Assembly: GCF_963921235.1 (NCBI RefSeq)
Contig: NC_086108.1
Coordinates: forward strand, 92,444,001-92,508,000
Reading direction: 5' to 3'
Source of the DNA: Mobula hypostoma
Taxonomy: Eukaryota
DNA: 64,000 nucleotides
Below are positions 37,136 through 49,599 of this stretch, piece after piece; position 1 is the first letter of the stretch, and each line of letters begins with the position of its first letter. The notes under the pieces were generated by a model. It was not told where the DNA came from. It worked only from the letters and a program-made list of their open reading frames with translations, and did not search any database. The position numbers and the translations under genes were made by a program.

Positions 37136-39058
37136 ATAGAGAGCGAAATACCCACTACAAGTATCAAACTTTCTTGCAACAGACACAGATCAATTTAGCT
37201 TAAGGACTTAATCTGTTGGTTGGGAAATTCCTTCAGCTGTCTAACAGAAGGCTGCAAGTGAAATCTGAGCCATTTGCTTTTATCACTTGCCTAAATTAGA
37301 TCGCTAGTCCTTAATTAAATTTGTGTCAGACATGGATAGAACTGTAGTTTGTTTGACGTTATGTTTAGAAACACAGTTGTACCGAGGAGGTACAAGAGCC
37401 TGAAAACCCACAATCAATGATTCAGAAACCGCTTCTTTCCATCTGCCATCAGATTCCTGAACAGTCCATGAGCTCTTCCTCATTATTCTCTCTGTTTTGC
37501 ATATTTATTTATTTTGTAATCTATAGTAACTTTATGTCTTTGCATTCTACTGCTGCCACATAACAAGAAATTTCATGTCATCTGAGGCAGTGATAATGAA
37601 TCTGATTCTGATTCAACTTTCCGCGAAGAACCCTTTTGAAGACTTAGTTATTTAAGATTCAAGATAAAAAGATTTAAGATTGTTTAACATCATTTCCTGT
37701 ACACAAGTGTAAAAGAGAACAAAATAATTATTATTTTTAAAACAATGAAACAATCATAAGATATAGAGCACAATAAATATAAATATTTAAGAGAGTTTAT
37801 AGACATCCTAGATTAACTGTATGTCCATAAAGAGATACGAGGCACAGGGGTGTCTATGCATGACGTGACTCATGGGAAGTGATAAAGTGTTGGTGATTGG
37901 AGTGTGCAGGGTGGGTCTCTTCAAAATTCAAAATTGTTTAATGCCATTTCCAGTACTCAACTGTAAGCAGAATTAAATGATTTTACTCCAAATCTGATGC
38001 AGCAAAAAAAAACCACGAGTGACAAACATGAGAAAGTCTGCAGACGCTGGAAATCCAAAGCAACACACAAAAAATGCTTGAGGAACTCAGCTGGTCAGGC
38101 AGCATCTATGGAAATGAATAGATAGTCAACATTTCAGGCCGAGACCTTTCTTTAGGACCCAAAAAATAAAAAACACAGTGGTAATTTAAAAAAATACACA
38201 CACAATAAATACATAAGATAACTTATATAGATAGATTGATTGTATGTCCGTAAAGTGACACTAGCCTGTACAAAAGATGACTGATGGGAAATAATAAAGT
38301 GGTAGTGGAGTTAGGGGGTGAAGGTGTTGATCAGAGTTAATACTTGGAGAAAGTAACTGCTCTGAGTCTGGTGGTCCTGGCATGGATGCTACATTACTGC
38401 TCCCTGATGAGAGTGGGAGCAGGGTGTGTGGGATCCTTCATGATGCTATCAGTCCTCTTCTGGCAGCTTTCTGCATATACAGTTGTAACCCTCAGGCTCG
38501 CCCAGCTCATGTTCGTCTAGGGAAACAGCCTTCGGCCCCGCCAAACCGGGTAATCACGTTTGTGCGGATACTGTGTAATGTACTCCCAGTAATAAACCCA
38601 CAACGCAAAATATCAGACAGTACGCCATATGCAATTAAATGATTGAACTTCATGAATCTTAATCTGAATATAGGGTTAGAAATGAAAATAAACAAAAACA
38701 AAAAGGGCCCAAGTCAAGTCAAAGGCACGTTGGAGCTCACTCAGTAGTCACTCTTCCACCATCGGTCTCCTCCGAGCGTTGCCGACCTTCGGACCCTCAG
38801 ATCCCAGTCCACTCCGTCCAGTGGTCTACCAGCTCTCTCCACACGCGTCTTCCCTCTTCATCTCTCCTCGACAAAAGACCACAAAAACAACATGCTTCCA
38901 GATACACAAGACAAAACAATAATCTCCGATTGGCTAACATGCATACTACAGTCCTGTTGTCTCCAGCCATAACCCAAACATTGCTGCCACAGAGAAACCG
39001 TTACCTCAGCAGTGAACATTACAGCAAAGCCATTACATTCTCCCCCCACCAAATTTAG

Positions 39059-42000
39059 TTATGTCCTCATGACGTTGAGATAATTCGCCAACCCTTCCTG
39101 CAAAACACAAAGCCCAATCCAGGTGCAAAAGGCAGTGACAAAGCTCCCCAAAACAGTAGAGATCACGCCCTGTTCCCCAGGCGTGACATGGGCCAACCTA
39201 TCCGGTGGTCTCCTAATTCTCTGAGACCTCCGTACCTCCTCACCTAACACTTCAGGCTCAGACGCTACTGGGGTTACTTTGGGTCTACTTGGCGAATCCT
39301 CCCTCGATCTATCACTCATGCCCCCCTACAACTCATAACCCTCTGTCCCGTGTCCAGGCCCTGCTTCCTCTCCTTCAGGGTCCTGTTGTAACCCAGACTA
39401 CCCACAGATAGCCCCCCCCCCACTTCACCTGACTCAGTGGGAGAAGGGCCAGGACTCTCTTCCTTAATCAATGGGGAGTTAGTGAAAGGCAGCAGGTACC
39501 ACACATCCAGATCATCATCCTCCGAATCAGTATCCCTCTCATGGGCGGGCCCCAGCCCAGCCTCCCCTGCTGTGGGCCCCGCAGGTACCCCGCGTTTCCG
39601 CAGAGTCCTCTTACCAGGTGTAGGCTCCAAGTCCGGCTCTGGGTCTACCCGAACCTCTTGTCCCAGGGGCAACAGGTGGTTCCGTTGGAGAATCTTGACA
39701 GACCCATTCCCCTCCTCTGGTTTCACCCGGAAAACTGGTAGGTTTGGCATCTGACTCTCCACCACATAGGGTGCGGCCGCCCAGCGGTCAGCCAACTTAT
39801 GCTTTCCAGGTAACCCCAAATTCCTTATGAGGACTCTGTCTCCCAGCGGGAGTTGGGAAAACCTCACTTTCTGACCATACCTCCTCTTATTTCCTCGATT
39901 CTGCTTGGCGGCCGTGACCCCAGCAAATTCATAAGCCCTTTTCAGCTCTCTCCTCATATCAGACACATACTTCAGATAAGGCTTCCGTAGTAAGTCACTC
40001 TCGTCAGTCCCAAAGCAAAGGTCAGTGGGCAACCTCGCCTCTTGCCCAACCATCAGATAATATGGTGAGTATCCAGTAGCTTCATTTCATGTACAGTTGT
40101 AGCAGTGATTCAGATGCCCTATATGATGACTCCACCTGCTCTTCTTGCTGATCTCCAGGATCACGGGCATGTCTAGCAAGGTCCGATTAAAGCTCTCAGG
40201 CTGGGGATCGCCCTGCGGGTGATAGGGCGTGGTCCTCGACTTCTCAACTCCAAGCATGCCCAGTAACTCATAGATGAGTCTGATCTCAAAGTCCCATCCC
40301 TGGTCACTATGTATCTGCCTGGGAAGGCCACAATAAAAGAAATACTTCTCCCATAACACTTTTGCCACCGTAGTCGCCCTCTGGTCCTTGGTAGGAAAAG
40401 CGTGAGCATATCTGGTGTAGTGGTCCGTGATGACTAAGACATTTGCCGTGTTGCTGGCATCGGGTTCTATGGACAGGAAATCCACACACTAGGTCCGGGG
40501 GCCCTGCACTCTGCAAGTGGGCAAAGGAGCTGCCTGCGTAGGCAGTGCCTTCCACCGTATGCAGCAAACACACGACTTGCAGTATTCTTCAAACCTCCGA
40601 CTTCATTCGGGGCCAGTAAAACCGGTCTCTGAGCAATCCATAGGTCTTTTCCACCCCCAAATGTCCAGAATCGTCATGAAGTGACTTCAACGCAATCCTC
40701 CGATACTTCTCAGGCAGAACAGCTGACAACGCCGGGGTCGGTCCAGGGGTGACGTGACCCGGTATAAGATCTGGTTCTTCAACTCCAACTGAGGTCATTC
40801 TTTCAGTAATGGAGGCACCGAAGCGTGTTTCGTCTTCTCTGCTTGAACCATGTCTCCCTTTTCGATCACGGACCAAATAGTGCCAATGTCTGGATCATCT
40901 CACTAAGCAGTTGCCACTTCCCCAGAACTCAATTCTGGCAGCCGATTGGTCTTCAGAGCAGTCAGGTTACAGAAAACTTGGGGTATGGCGTCATCAGAAG
41001 CTCCCAATTGATCCACTGCTCGATCCTGCCTCTCCTTTTCCTCTGCCTTCATGGTGATGGCAAACTGACACATGGCCTTCAACCCAGGGGCAGGAACGCT
41101 CTCCCACTCCTCGTCCCTGTCCAGTCCCTCACGCACCTGTTGGGCCAAAGCACCCGCATCAATATTCCCGCTCCTCAGCCGGTACTTCAGGCTGAAATCA
41201 TAGGCAGACAACGCTGCCAACCACCAATGGCCTGTGGCATCCAGTTTCGCTGAGGTCAGGATATAAGTCAGGGGGTTGTCGTCCGTCCTCACCTCAAACT
41301 TGACCCCATACAGGTAGTCACTCAGCTTATCCACCACCGCCCATTTCAACACCAGGAATTCCAACTTGTGTGTGAGATAGTTTCTCTCGGATGGCGACAA
41401 ACTCCAGCTGACAAACACCACAGACCTCAACCCGGTGCCCTGATCTTGATACAGGATGCCCCCTAAATCCTCTCAAATCCTCTGTGTGCAGTACGTACGG
41501 TAATTGGGGGTCCACAAAAGCCAGCACTGGCACCTGGGTCAGCAACTCCTTCAGCAACTGAAAAGTCTACTCACATTTTACATCACACCTCTGTCCAAAG
41601 GGCTCCAACGGGTATTCTCCACCCTCCTGTCCTTTTTTCCCCCTCTCTTTCTTCCCCAAGGGAGGGTAACCACACAGAAGCTGATTCAAGGGGTGACTCA
41701 CTTTGGCATAGCCCTTCACGAATCTCCGATAATAACCACAGAACCCAAGGAACGAGCGCAAAGGGCTTACAGTCTGGGGCCTTGGCCAAGTGGTCACCGC
41801 TTCTATCTTAGCCAGGTCTGTAGCTGCTCCCTTCCATGAGATTATGTGTCCAATATAGCTAACAGACATTTGGCAGAACTGGCACTTGTCCAGGGAAAGT
41901 TTTAAGCCTTCAGCTTTCAGGCAGCTGAGCACCTTCAGTAGCCTCGCTTCTTGTCCTTCCATATGAGGTCATCCAAATACACCAACACCTCAAGGAAGTT

Positions 42001-44280
42001 CATATCCCCCACTGTCTTCTCCATGACCCGCTGGAAGGTTGCCGGGGCTCCCGATATGCCCTGGGGCATCCTTTCGAACTGGAAGAACCCCAGGGGACAT
42101 ATAAATACCGTCTTCTCTTTGTCGGTCTCACTCATCGGGATCTGGTAATATCCACTCCTCAAATCCAGCACACTAAACCATTTTGCACCACTCACACAGG
42201 CCAGCGCGTCTTCGATCCTTGGGACCGTATACTGGTCAGAGATGGTGTGCCTGTTCAGAGTCTTTAGTCCACACACATGCGTACCTTCTCGTTCTTCTTC
42301 CAGGCCACTGTAATTGGGGACGATTAAGGGCTTTCGGGACTCAGTGATGATCCCAGCTTCCTTCAACTTACACAAGTGCTGCCGCACGTCTTCCATGTCT
42401 GCAGGGGCCAGTTGCCACAACCTCTCTGTAAGCAGGGTGTCCTCGGTCACCTGGATAGTGTGATGAGCGCTCTTGGAACAACCCACATCAAACTCGCCAG
42501 TGGAAAAGACACCTTCCAATCTATGTTCCCTCTAAGCTGTGCTCGTGTAAGCGCACGCACACGTTTTTCAACCAGCGCACAAGGGAAATTAATATGCACA
42601 CAAAAGGTTAGTTACCTAAAATAATGTAGTAATTAATAATTATACTTACTGAAAATAATCTTTTAGCTAATTGTTTCTGTTAACTAGTTAGTTGCTTTTT
42701 CAAATACCATTATGCACGTCACTAATTTACGTCACCTCACCTTTCCTTTTCCAGTTTGTACAGCTGCATCACGGCGGCAGCCATCTTTGGCGGATAGTGT
42801 TCATATCGTAAAGTTTACAAAGATCTGTTTCAAATCCTGTAGATAGCTTACTAAGTTTTTATTGAAAAGAATATTGATTCAGTATGTCGAATTCAAAAGA
42901 AGTGAAGGGCGTGAAGTGCAAAGGAACTGTAAATTTGTTTAAAGTTGAATGGCTTAACAAAATAGTAGAAACTGGTACACTGAAATAATGAATCAACTCA
43001 AAAACAAGTTGAGAAACCGTTTAGGTGAATGTCATTTGGATATGTTAATCAGAATCAAAAGCTATCAATTGGATGGAAGTTCTATTAATCTAGATAGAGT
43101 TTACAAAGAATGGGTAAATGTCAAAGACAGGAAAGAGAAAAAATAACTGAGTGACTTAAATATGTATGTTATTCTGTTGTTATTCTGTGCAGTTTTATGT
43201 CAAATATTTTGTAAACCTACATAAACTGTGCCACGTGTACATTCAGTGCGCACATACTTCTGTCACAGGAAAAAAATTTGCACAACATAAGATTTTTACG
43301 CACACTGACTACTAAAAATTAGAGGGACATTGCTACCAATTTCAACGTCTTCTTTACCAGCCTCCTTTTCCAACCCGGCGGCACTGGGGAGTCCCTGAAA
43401 TTGAATGACACAGCGGTCAACTTTCCCCCCTTTTCCAATAGTTTCTCTCCGGCGTGCCTCACGGGGGCACTAGACATTACCGTCACCGGGAACAAATGCG
43501 CCAGGGACATCCCCTGATTGAAGGTGGCCTCCCTCTTCGTAGTGTTCCTGACAATCACTGGCACCTGCTCACCTGTACAACCGAGGACTTCTGCAATTTG
43601 GGCCTCACCAGTACCCCCCAGCAGGAAATCCCGACTTCCCCTCATGGTCTTCCGGAGCGTCTGCTAAGACGGCTTTGCCCTCAGGCACTCCGGGAAATTT
43701 GGGGGTCCCCATCACTCTCGCTACTTTCCCGGGCCGTTCCACCATTGGCTTTGACTGGGTGAACCACACAGACCCTCGTTTAAATTCGGTATCCAGCCCA
43801 ATGCTGCCACGCACTTCCTCAAAAGCAGCTCGAAACACTGGGTGCACAGACAATGTCCCCAGAAAGCTCTCACCCGCATTCTCCTTGCAGGCCCCCATGA
43901 GCCTCCTCACAAGAGGGGTGTTGGTCCCCACCAGAATTGAAATGCCGCCTGTCTCAACAGGGTCCGGACAAACCAGCACCACTGTATCAAGAACCTCAGA
44001 CATTCCCACAGTGGCCTCCGAGAACTCCAGTTTCACTGACAAATAACCATCATATGGATAATCACCAGTACTAATACCCCAAATCTCCAGTGCACTGAAT
44101 GGTATTAAGGGTAAATGCTTCGGATACCGGTTGTAAAACGAATGGTACAGTAATGTGACCCCGACCCGGTGTCGAGTATGGCTTTAACGTATATTCCTTC
44201 TATCCGTAGCGACACACTGGAGCATAGTCCCACTAAGCCTTCAGGAATAGGGTCTTTTGTTTTCAGGAGTTCTTGGTACA
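39059..44280 (-). pseudogene. pol of Gypsy element 2 (PR, RT, RNase H, integrase), interrupted by a hAT insertion
   Basis: PR ILDTGS; RT SVLDLRSGYYQ…RMPQGISGAPATFQR…YLDD; RNase H KLEFLVLKWAV; integrase HDDSGHLG, DFL…HSDQG…PQGDPQPE. Confidence 0.92.
42521..43332 (+). mobile_element. Internally deleted hAT transposon inserted in Gypsy 2 pol
   Basis: TIRs ctatgttccctctaa / ttagagggacattg; 8-bp TSD cttccaat / ctaccaat. N-terminal stub MSNSKE…FKVEWL (42884) abuts the C-terminal dimerisation segment MNQLKNKLRNRLGECHLDMLIRI (42988-43146). Confidence 0.9.
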
Positions 44281-44335
44281 TTGCTGGGAATGTGTTCCCC
44301 CAGAGACATCAGGCCAATTCCTCACTGGGTCTCCC

Positions 44336-45765
44336 CTAAGTTTCCCGACACCTCTCCCTGCTTAGATACCTGGGGGCTTGCTCTCCGAGGGACCTCCTGC
44401 CGCTCACATTCCCACTGGAAGTGTCTCTCTTCCCCACAGTTATAGCACACGCTACCAGCTGCCCCTCTTCTCGTGGAACCCCGGCCACCTGCAGCCCTCT
44501 GCGTAGTCCGTCCCCTTGGGGGGGGGCCTCTCTACCAGTCCTATCATACGGAGGGTCCACACCTGCTGTTAACACCTGGGACATCTCAGTTCTCAGCTCT
44601 GCCACCATCTCCTTTACCATTTCCCGGGTTGGGCTGGCCCCGGTAACTTCACCACAAGGGGCTACTACCAAGGACTGTACCCTGCTGATGGAGTCCTCTC
44701 GCGGCCCCAACATGTTCTCCTCCTCCCGCACTTCTCTGATCAGCTGAACAAATTAGGGAGGGGGGGCACGTTTTACAGGACTGCTAGAGACCCCAAGCAA
44801 TCATGTCCTGGGGCTGGGTGCCCTTGGCTATCTGGTCCATCCTTAACTTAACCACCTCAGCCGCCTGAATGGCCCCCCAGTGCCGCAAACAATTTAGCTG
44901 TCTCTCTAACCGAGAGAGGTACACGGAAAGCTTCTCCCCCTTCTCCTGATGCATGTTTTGAAACCCCCCCCCCCAGTGCTCCAGTGGGCTCCCTGTCATA
45001 CCAAAAGCTCTCTCTAATGTGCCTAGATACTCAGCAAGAGGAACAGAGGGTTGATTAATTGTCACGCCTCTTACTACATCAGCCGCCAACCCCTTCAAAC
45101 TTTCAACCAATCTCTGTTGCTTTTCATCATCAGAGCACTGCCACTCATCTAACAACTGAGAGGTCTGCTCCACCCACATCTCATACTCCTGTTCCCCTCG
45201 GGGGTGGGCGCTATTCCAGAGAAAATTCTTACCTTCCGGCGGGGACCCGCTGCCTGTGCATTGGGCCAATTATTCGCCTGGGAGGTAAGGGCTTATGTCA
45301 ACTCAGAACCTTCACTCTTCACTGGGGGATGGGGACTAATTAAACTTTCCAAATCCGACCACTCTTTCCCCTCACCCCTCAGAAACGATAGAATCCTCTC
45401 TCTGAAATCTCCACCCCAACTGCAGGCAACTCAGCTTGTGACCCGTGACCCAGCTTGCTGGGCTCCCTTCTCCTCCTCCCTGACAGTGTGGACAGGCCAT
45501 GGCCCCACCTCACCTGGGGCACCGATAGATGCTGGCAGTCCCACAGCCGTTACGTCAGCGCAATTCTGAATTAAAACTGGTCTGAGCCCACCATTTTATC
45601 AAACCTTCGCGCTACGATTTCAACTTCGCCAACAGCTTTAACCATACTCAAAAATCGAATTAACAATCCATCCGGGGTATGAATATCCATCCCACTCAAC
45701 TCGCATGCATTAATTACTGGCAACCCCACAGAGGCACACTAGCGCTCCACCCCAGCAGTATCCAT
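44336..45765 (-). pseudogene. PNMA/Ma-like gag of Gypsy element 2
   Basis: PRGEQEYEMWVEQTSQLLDEWQCSDDEKQQRLVESLKGLAADVV, typical of PNMA-like capsids; CCHC knuckle CYNCGEERHFQWEC near 44400-44450; frameshifted. Confidence 0.85.
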
Positions 45766-45807
45766 ACTAGCACAAATAGGGCAATCACACATCATCCAAT
45801 GGAATCA

Positions 45808-45825
45808 ATCCCGGATGAGCCCCCA
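45808..45825 (-). promoter_or_regulatory. Primer-binding site complementary to the tRNA-Pro 3' end
   Basis: TGGGGGCTCATCCGGGAT, one mismatch to the canonical tRNA-Pro PBS TGGGGGCTCGTCCGGGAT, 4 nt inside the 5' LTR. Confidence 0.92.
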
Positions 45826-46879
45826 CAATTGTAACCCTTAAGCTCGCCCAGCTCATGTTCATCTAGGGGAAACAGCCTTTGGCCCCGCCAAACTGGGTAA
45901 CCATATTTGTATGGATACTGTGTAATGTACCCCCAGTTACAAACTCACAACGCAAAATATCAGACAGTACACCATATGCAATTAAATGATTGAGCTTTAT
46001 GAATCTTAATCTGAATATAGGGTTAGTAATGAAAATAAACAAAAAAAGGGCCCAAGTCAAGTCAAAGTCACGTTGGAGCTCACTCAGTAGTCATTCTTCC
46101 ACCATCGGTCTCCTCCGAGCATTGCTGACCTTCGGACCCTCAGATCCCAGTCCACTCCGTCCGATGGTCTACCAGCTCTCTCCACATGCGTCTTCCCTCT
46201 TCATCTCTCCTCGACAAAAGACCACGAAAACAACACCCTTCCAGGTACACAAGACAAAACAACAATCTCCGATTGGCTAAAATGCATACTACAGTTCTGT
46301 TATCTCCAGCCATAACCCAAACATTGCTGCTACAGAGAAACCGTTACCTCAGCAGTGAACATTACAGAGAAACCATTACATTAGCCTTAGCAGTGAAACA
46401 TTACAAAGAAGCCATTACACAGTATATCCTTGGTGGCGGGTAGATTGTAATGCACTGAATGTATTTTGTTTGACGTTGTTATGTTTAGAAACAGAGCTGT
46501 AGCGAGGAGGTACAGAGCCCTGAAGACCCACACTCAATGATTCAGAAACAGCTTCTTCCCGTATGACAGGTAATGCATTTGTTAAATATTTCTTCCTCTC
46601 AATGGCTCAACAGGGGATACATTTGCAAAGGATTCATACTCATTTTTGACTTGCTTGAAGTCAACTATGATGATATACATTGGCAGAATAAGCACAATAA
46701 GAATATAGCTTCTCTCACAAAATCAGTTTTGAATATAAGTCTTAATTAGCAAGGAGTAAGAAGGAACGGAGGTCAGGAAGTGGGATGCTCTCAACATAGA
46801 CGTCTTGTGTTTTACTTCTTTGATGTAACTGGAATTATTAATTTTTCTTTGTTCTGTTTCACATCTCTGTTCTGACACT

Positions 46880-47360
46880 GAATAGTGCCAATCACTTGAG
46901 TCGAGTATGATGTCTTCCTAAGACATTGTCTATTGGTGGGGCTTCAGGTGGCTGTGGAGGGTACAGTGGATGCCTGTCCGGGAGGTTAGAGTGGATTCCC
47001 GTAATGGAAAATGCCCATGCATGATTTTATTTAACAGGGGAGTCTGATGCACGGGCAGCCACTATGGCCTTTGACAGTTCGGGGTCAGGGTCAAGTGCCA
47101 TGGAACGCAAGAAGACTGAGGACCCTTTGCTGCTGCAGCCTTCCTCCACTCTGAATGCCTTTTTGATGTGTCATCATCTTCCGCCACCTCCTCAGCTGAG
47201 GTCATGTTGAATCACTCTTTGTCTGGATCCTTCCCTTGAGCTTACTGCCATGGATGACCCTACCAGGAACCAAGCACCAGGGCAGCTAAACTCCAGACAG
47301 CATCACTCTCAGGATCTCACAAGTCTCTCCAAAATGATATGGTGATGAACCTCGAAGAAG
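46880..47360. mobile_element. Old interspersed repeat, possibly RTE-related non-autonomous
   Basis: GC-richer block with motifs resembling RTE UTRs (…gaccctaccagg…); no ORF. Confidence 0.3.
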
Positions 47361-47729
47361 TGTCATTGAAAGAACCACACGGGGACTGGAACTGTCAATG
47401 TGAAAGTTCTTGGTTCAGCATGACAAGCAGACATTCAGGACAGCTGGTGAAAGGCTCTTTATTGGGAGAAGCTCTCAGATTCCTCTGAACTCAGAATAGA
47501 ATTTGTAATTGAATTATCACAATTGCAGTGTTTACTTCAATATTTCATGTGCATATCAAGTTCCATGGAATTTCACTTCTACAATGGGGACACATCATAA
47601 CAGAAAAGATTCTCTGAGTATTCGTATAACTTTGCTGGGACAAGGTAATTCACAGTTTATGGATGTTCTTAAAGTTTCTGAGGAGAGAAACCACAGACAC
47701 TCAAAAGTACAGCGTGAAGAGAGTCTCTC

Positions 47730-48222
47730 TGATTCTGTCCTGTCCTAGGTCCAGAAGCGGCTGTGCCTCTACTTTCTTAGAAGTTTTCAAAGGTTCAGCA
47801 TGTCTTCTAAAACTTTGACAGACTTCTAAAGGCGCACGATGGAGAGTATACTGACTGGTTGCATTGAATGCCCTTGAATGGAAAAGCCTACAAGAAATGC
47901 TGGATACAGCTGAATCCATTGCAGGTAATGCCCTCCCCACCATTGAGCATATCTACAAGGAGCCCTGTCGCAGAAAAGCAACATCCATCATCAAAGACTC
48001 CCACCATCCAGGCTGTGCTTTCTTCTCACCGTTGACATCAGGAAGGAAGTACAGGAGTCTTAGGTCCCATACCACCGGTAAAGGAACAGTTATTACCTTT
48101 AAACCATCAAGTTCTTGAACAGAATGGACAACTTCACTCACCCCAACTCTGAACTGATTGCACAACCAATGGACTCATTTCGAAGGGCTTTACAGCTCAT
48201 GTTCTCAATATTTAGGACCTGT

Positions 48223-48260
<38 letters not shown>

Positions 48261-48440
48261 TTCATTTTTTATTTGAACGATTTGTTGTCTTTTGCAGTTT
48301 CTCCGTTTCATCTTTATGCTCAGATTTTCACTGATTCTATTGTGTTTCTTTGTATGTACTGCAAATGTCCACAAGAAAATGAAACTCAGGGTAGCACATG
48401 GTGAAATACAAGTACTTATATAACAAATTTACTTTGTAAT
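47730..48440 (+). mobile_element. Rex1/Babar-type LINE 3' fragment containing (TTA)n at about 48224-48260
   Basis: DTAESIAGNALPTIEHIY…SGRKYRSLRSHT. Confidence 0.85.
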
Positions 48441-48857
48441 TTTTTTTTACAGAGAGAGGTGGGTACCTGGAATGTGCTGCCTCAGGTGTTGGTAGGCACA
48501 TGAATGAGAGGAAAATGAAAGGATATGAACATTGTGTAGGCAGAAGGAATTAGTTTAGTTGGCCATTTGATTACTAATTTAATTGGTTCAGCATGATATT
48601 GTGGGCCAAAGGATCTATATCTGTGCTACGCTATTCTAAGTTCTATGTACTTTGTAAATATCCCAATTATTGATCACTTAGCTGAGGATGTCCCAAGATC
48701 AGGGTCAGGTATATCTTGTCATGTATGACATGACATTTGTTGTTTTGTGGTAGCAGTACTGTGCAAAGATATAACATTATCATTATCATAAATAACAAAA
48801 TAAATATAGTGCAAAAAAAGGAGTAACTTCTTTTCCAGGACATCAGAGAAAATGCTA

Positions 48858-49597
48858 CATGTGCAAAAGGCTAGAGGAACTCAGCAGGCCAGGCAGCATC
48901 TATGGATAAGAATAAACAGTCAGTGTTTCAGGTCGAGACCCTTCATCAGGACTGGAAAGGAAGGAGTCAGATGTAGAAGGCTGGGGGTGGGGAGGAAGAA
49001 GTACAAGGTGGCAGGGGATAAGTGAAACTGGGAGAGTGGGAGGGGGTGAAGTAAAGAGCTGGGAAGTTGATTGGTGAAAGAGATAAAGGGCTGGAGAAGA
49101 GGGAATCTGATGGAGGACAGAATACCATGGAAGAAAGAAAAGGGGGAGGAGCACCAGAAGGAGGTGATGGGCAGGTGAGGAGATAAGGTGAGAGAGGGAA
49201 ACAGGAATGGGGAATGGGAGGGGAGGGGCGCAATTAATAGAAAGTCAAGAAATCGATGTTCATGCCATCAAGTTGGAGGCCATGCAGACAGGGTATAAGG
49301 TATTGCTCCTCCAACTTGAGTGTGGCCTCATTGTGACGGTAGAGGAGGTCATGGACTGACGTTTCACAATGAGAATGGGAAGTAGAATTGAAATGGGTGG
49401 CCACCAGGAAATCCTTTTTGTGACAGGTGCTCAAACAAGCAGTTTCCAGATCTACATTGGGTCTCACCGATATATGGGAGGCCACAACCGGGAGCACTGA
49501 GTATAGTAGATGACCCCAACAGACTCACAGGTGAATTGTCACCTCTCCTGAAAGACCGGATTTAGATTTCCAGCATCTGAAGATTTTCTCATGTTTG
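48858..49597 (-). mobile_element. Penelope 3' fragment (GIY-YIG and pseudo-LTR) with a short inverted tip
   Basis: VATHFNSTSHSH…LEEQYLI…DGMNIDF; flanked by aga(g/t)aaaatgcta at 48845 and 49598. Confidence 0.85.
48917..48954 (-). ncRNA. Minimal hammerhead motif (core intact, cleavage triplet mutated)
   Basis: CAGTC-CTGATGA-agggtctcgacct-GAAAC-ACT-GACTG. Confidence 0.75.
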
Positions 49598-49599
49598 AG

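Larger units (their letters stand above)
38484..46419 (-). mobile_element. Complete Ty3/Gypsy LTR retrotransposon with PNMA-like gag, decayed
   Basis: LTRs at 38484-39037 and 45830-46419 (TG…CA); perfect 4-bp TSD cagt; PPT ggtggggggagaa; tRNA-Pro PBS. Confidence 0.95.

Noticed and set aside
39059..39700. env-like third ORF in Gypsy 2
   Set aside because: The region is the low-complexity integrase C-terminal tail (…RRSQRIRRPPDRL), with no signal peptide or fusion-protein features.
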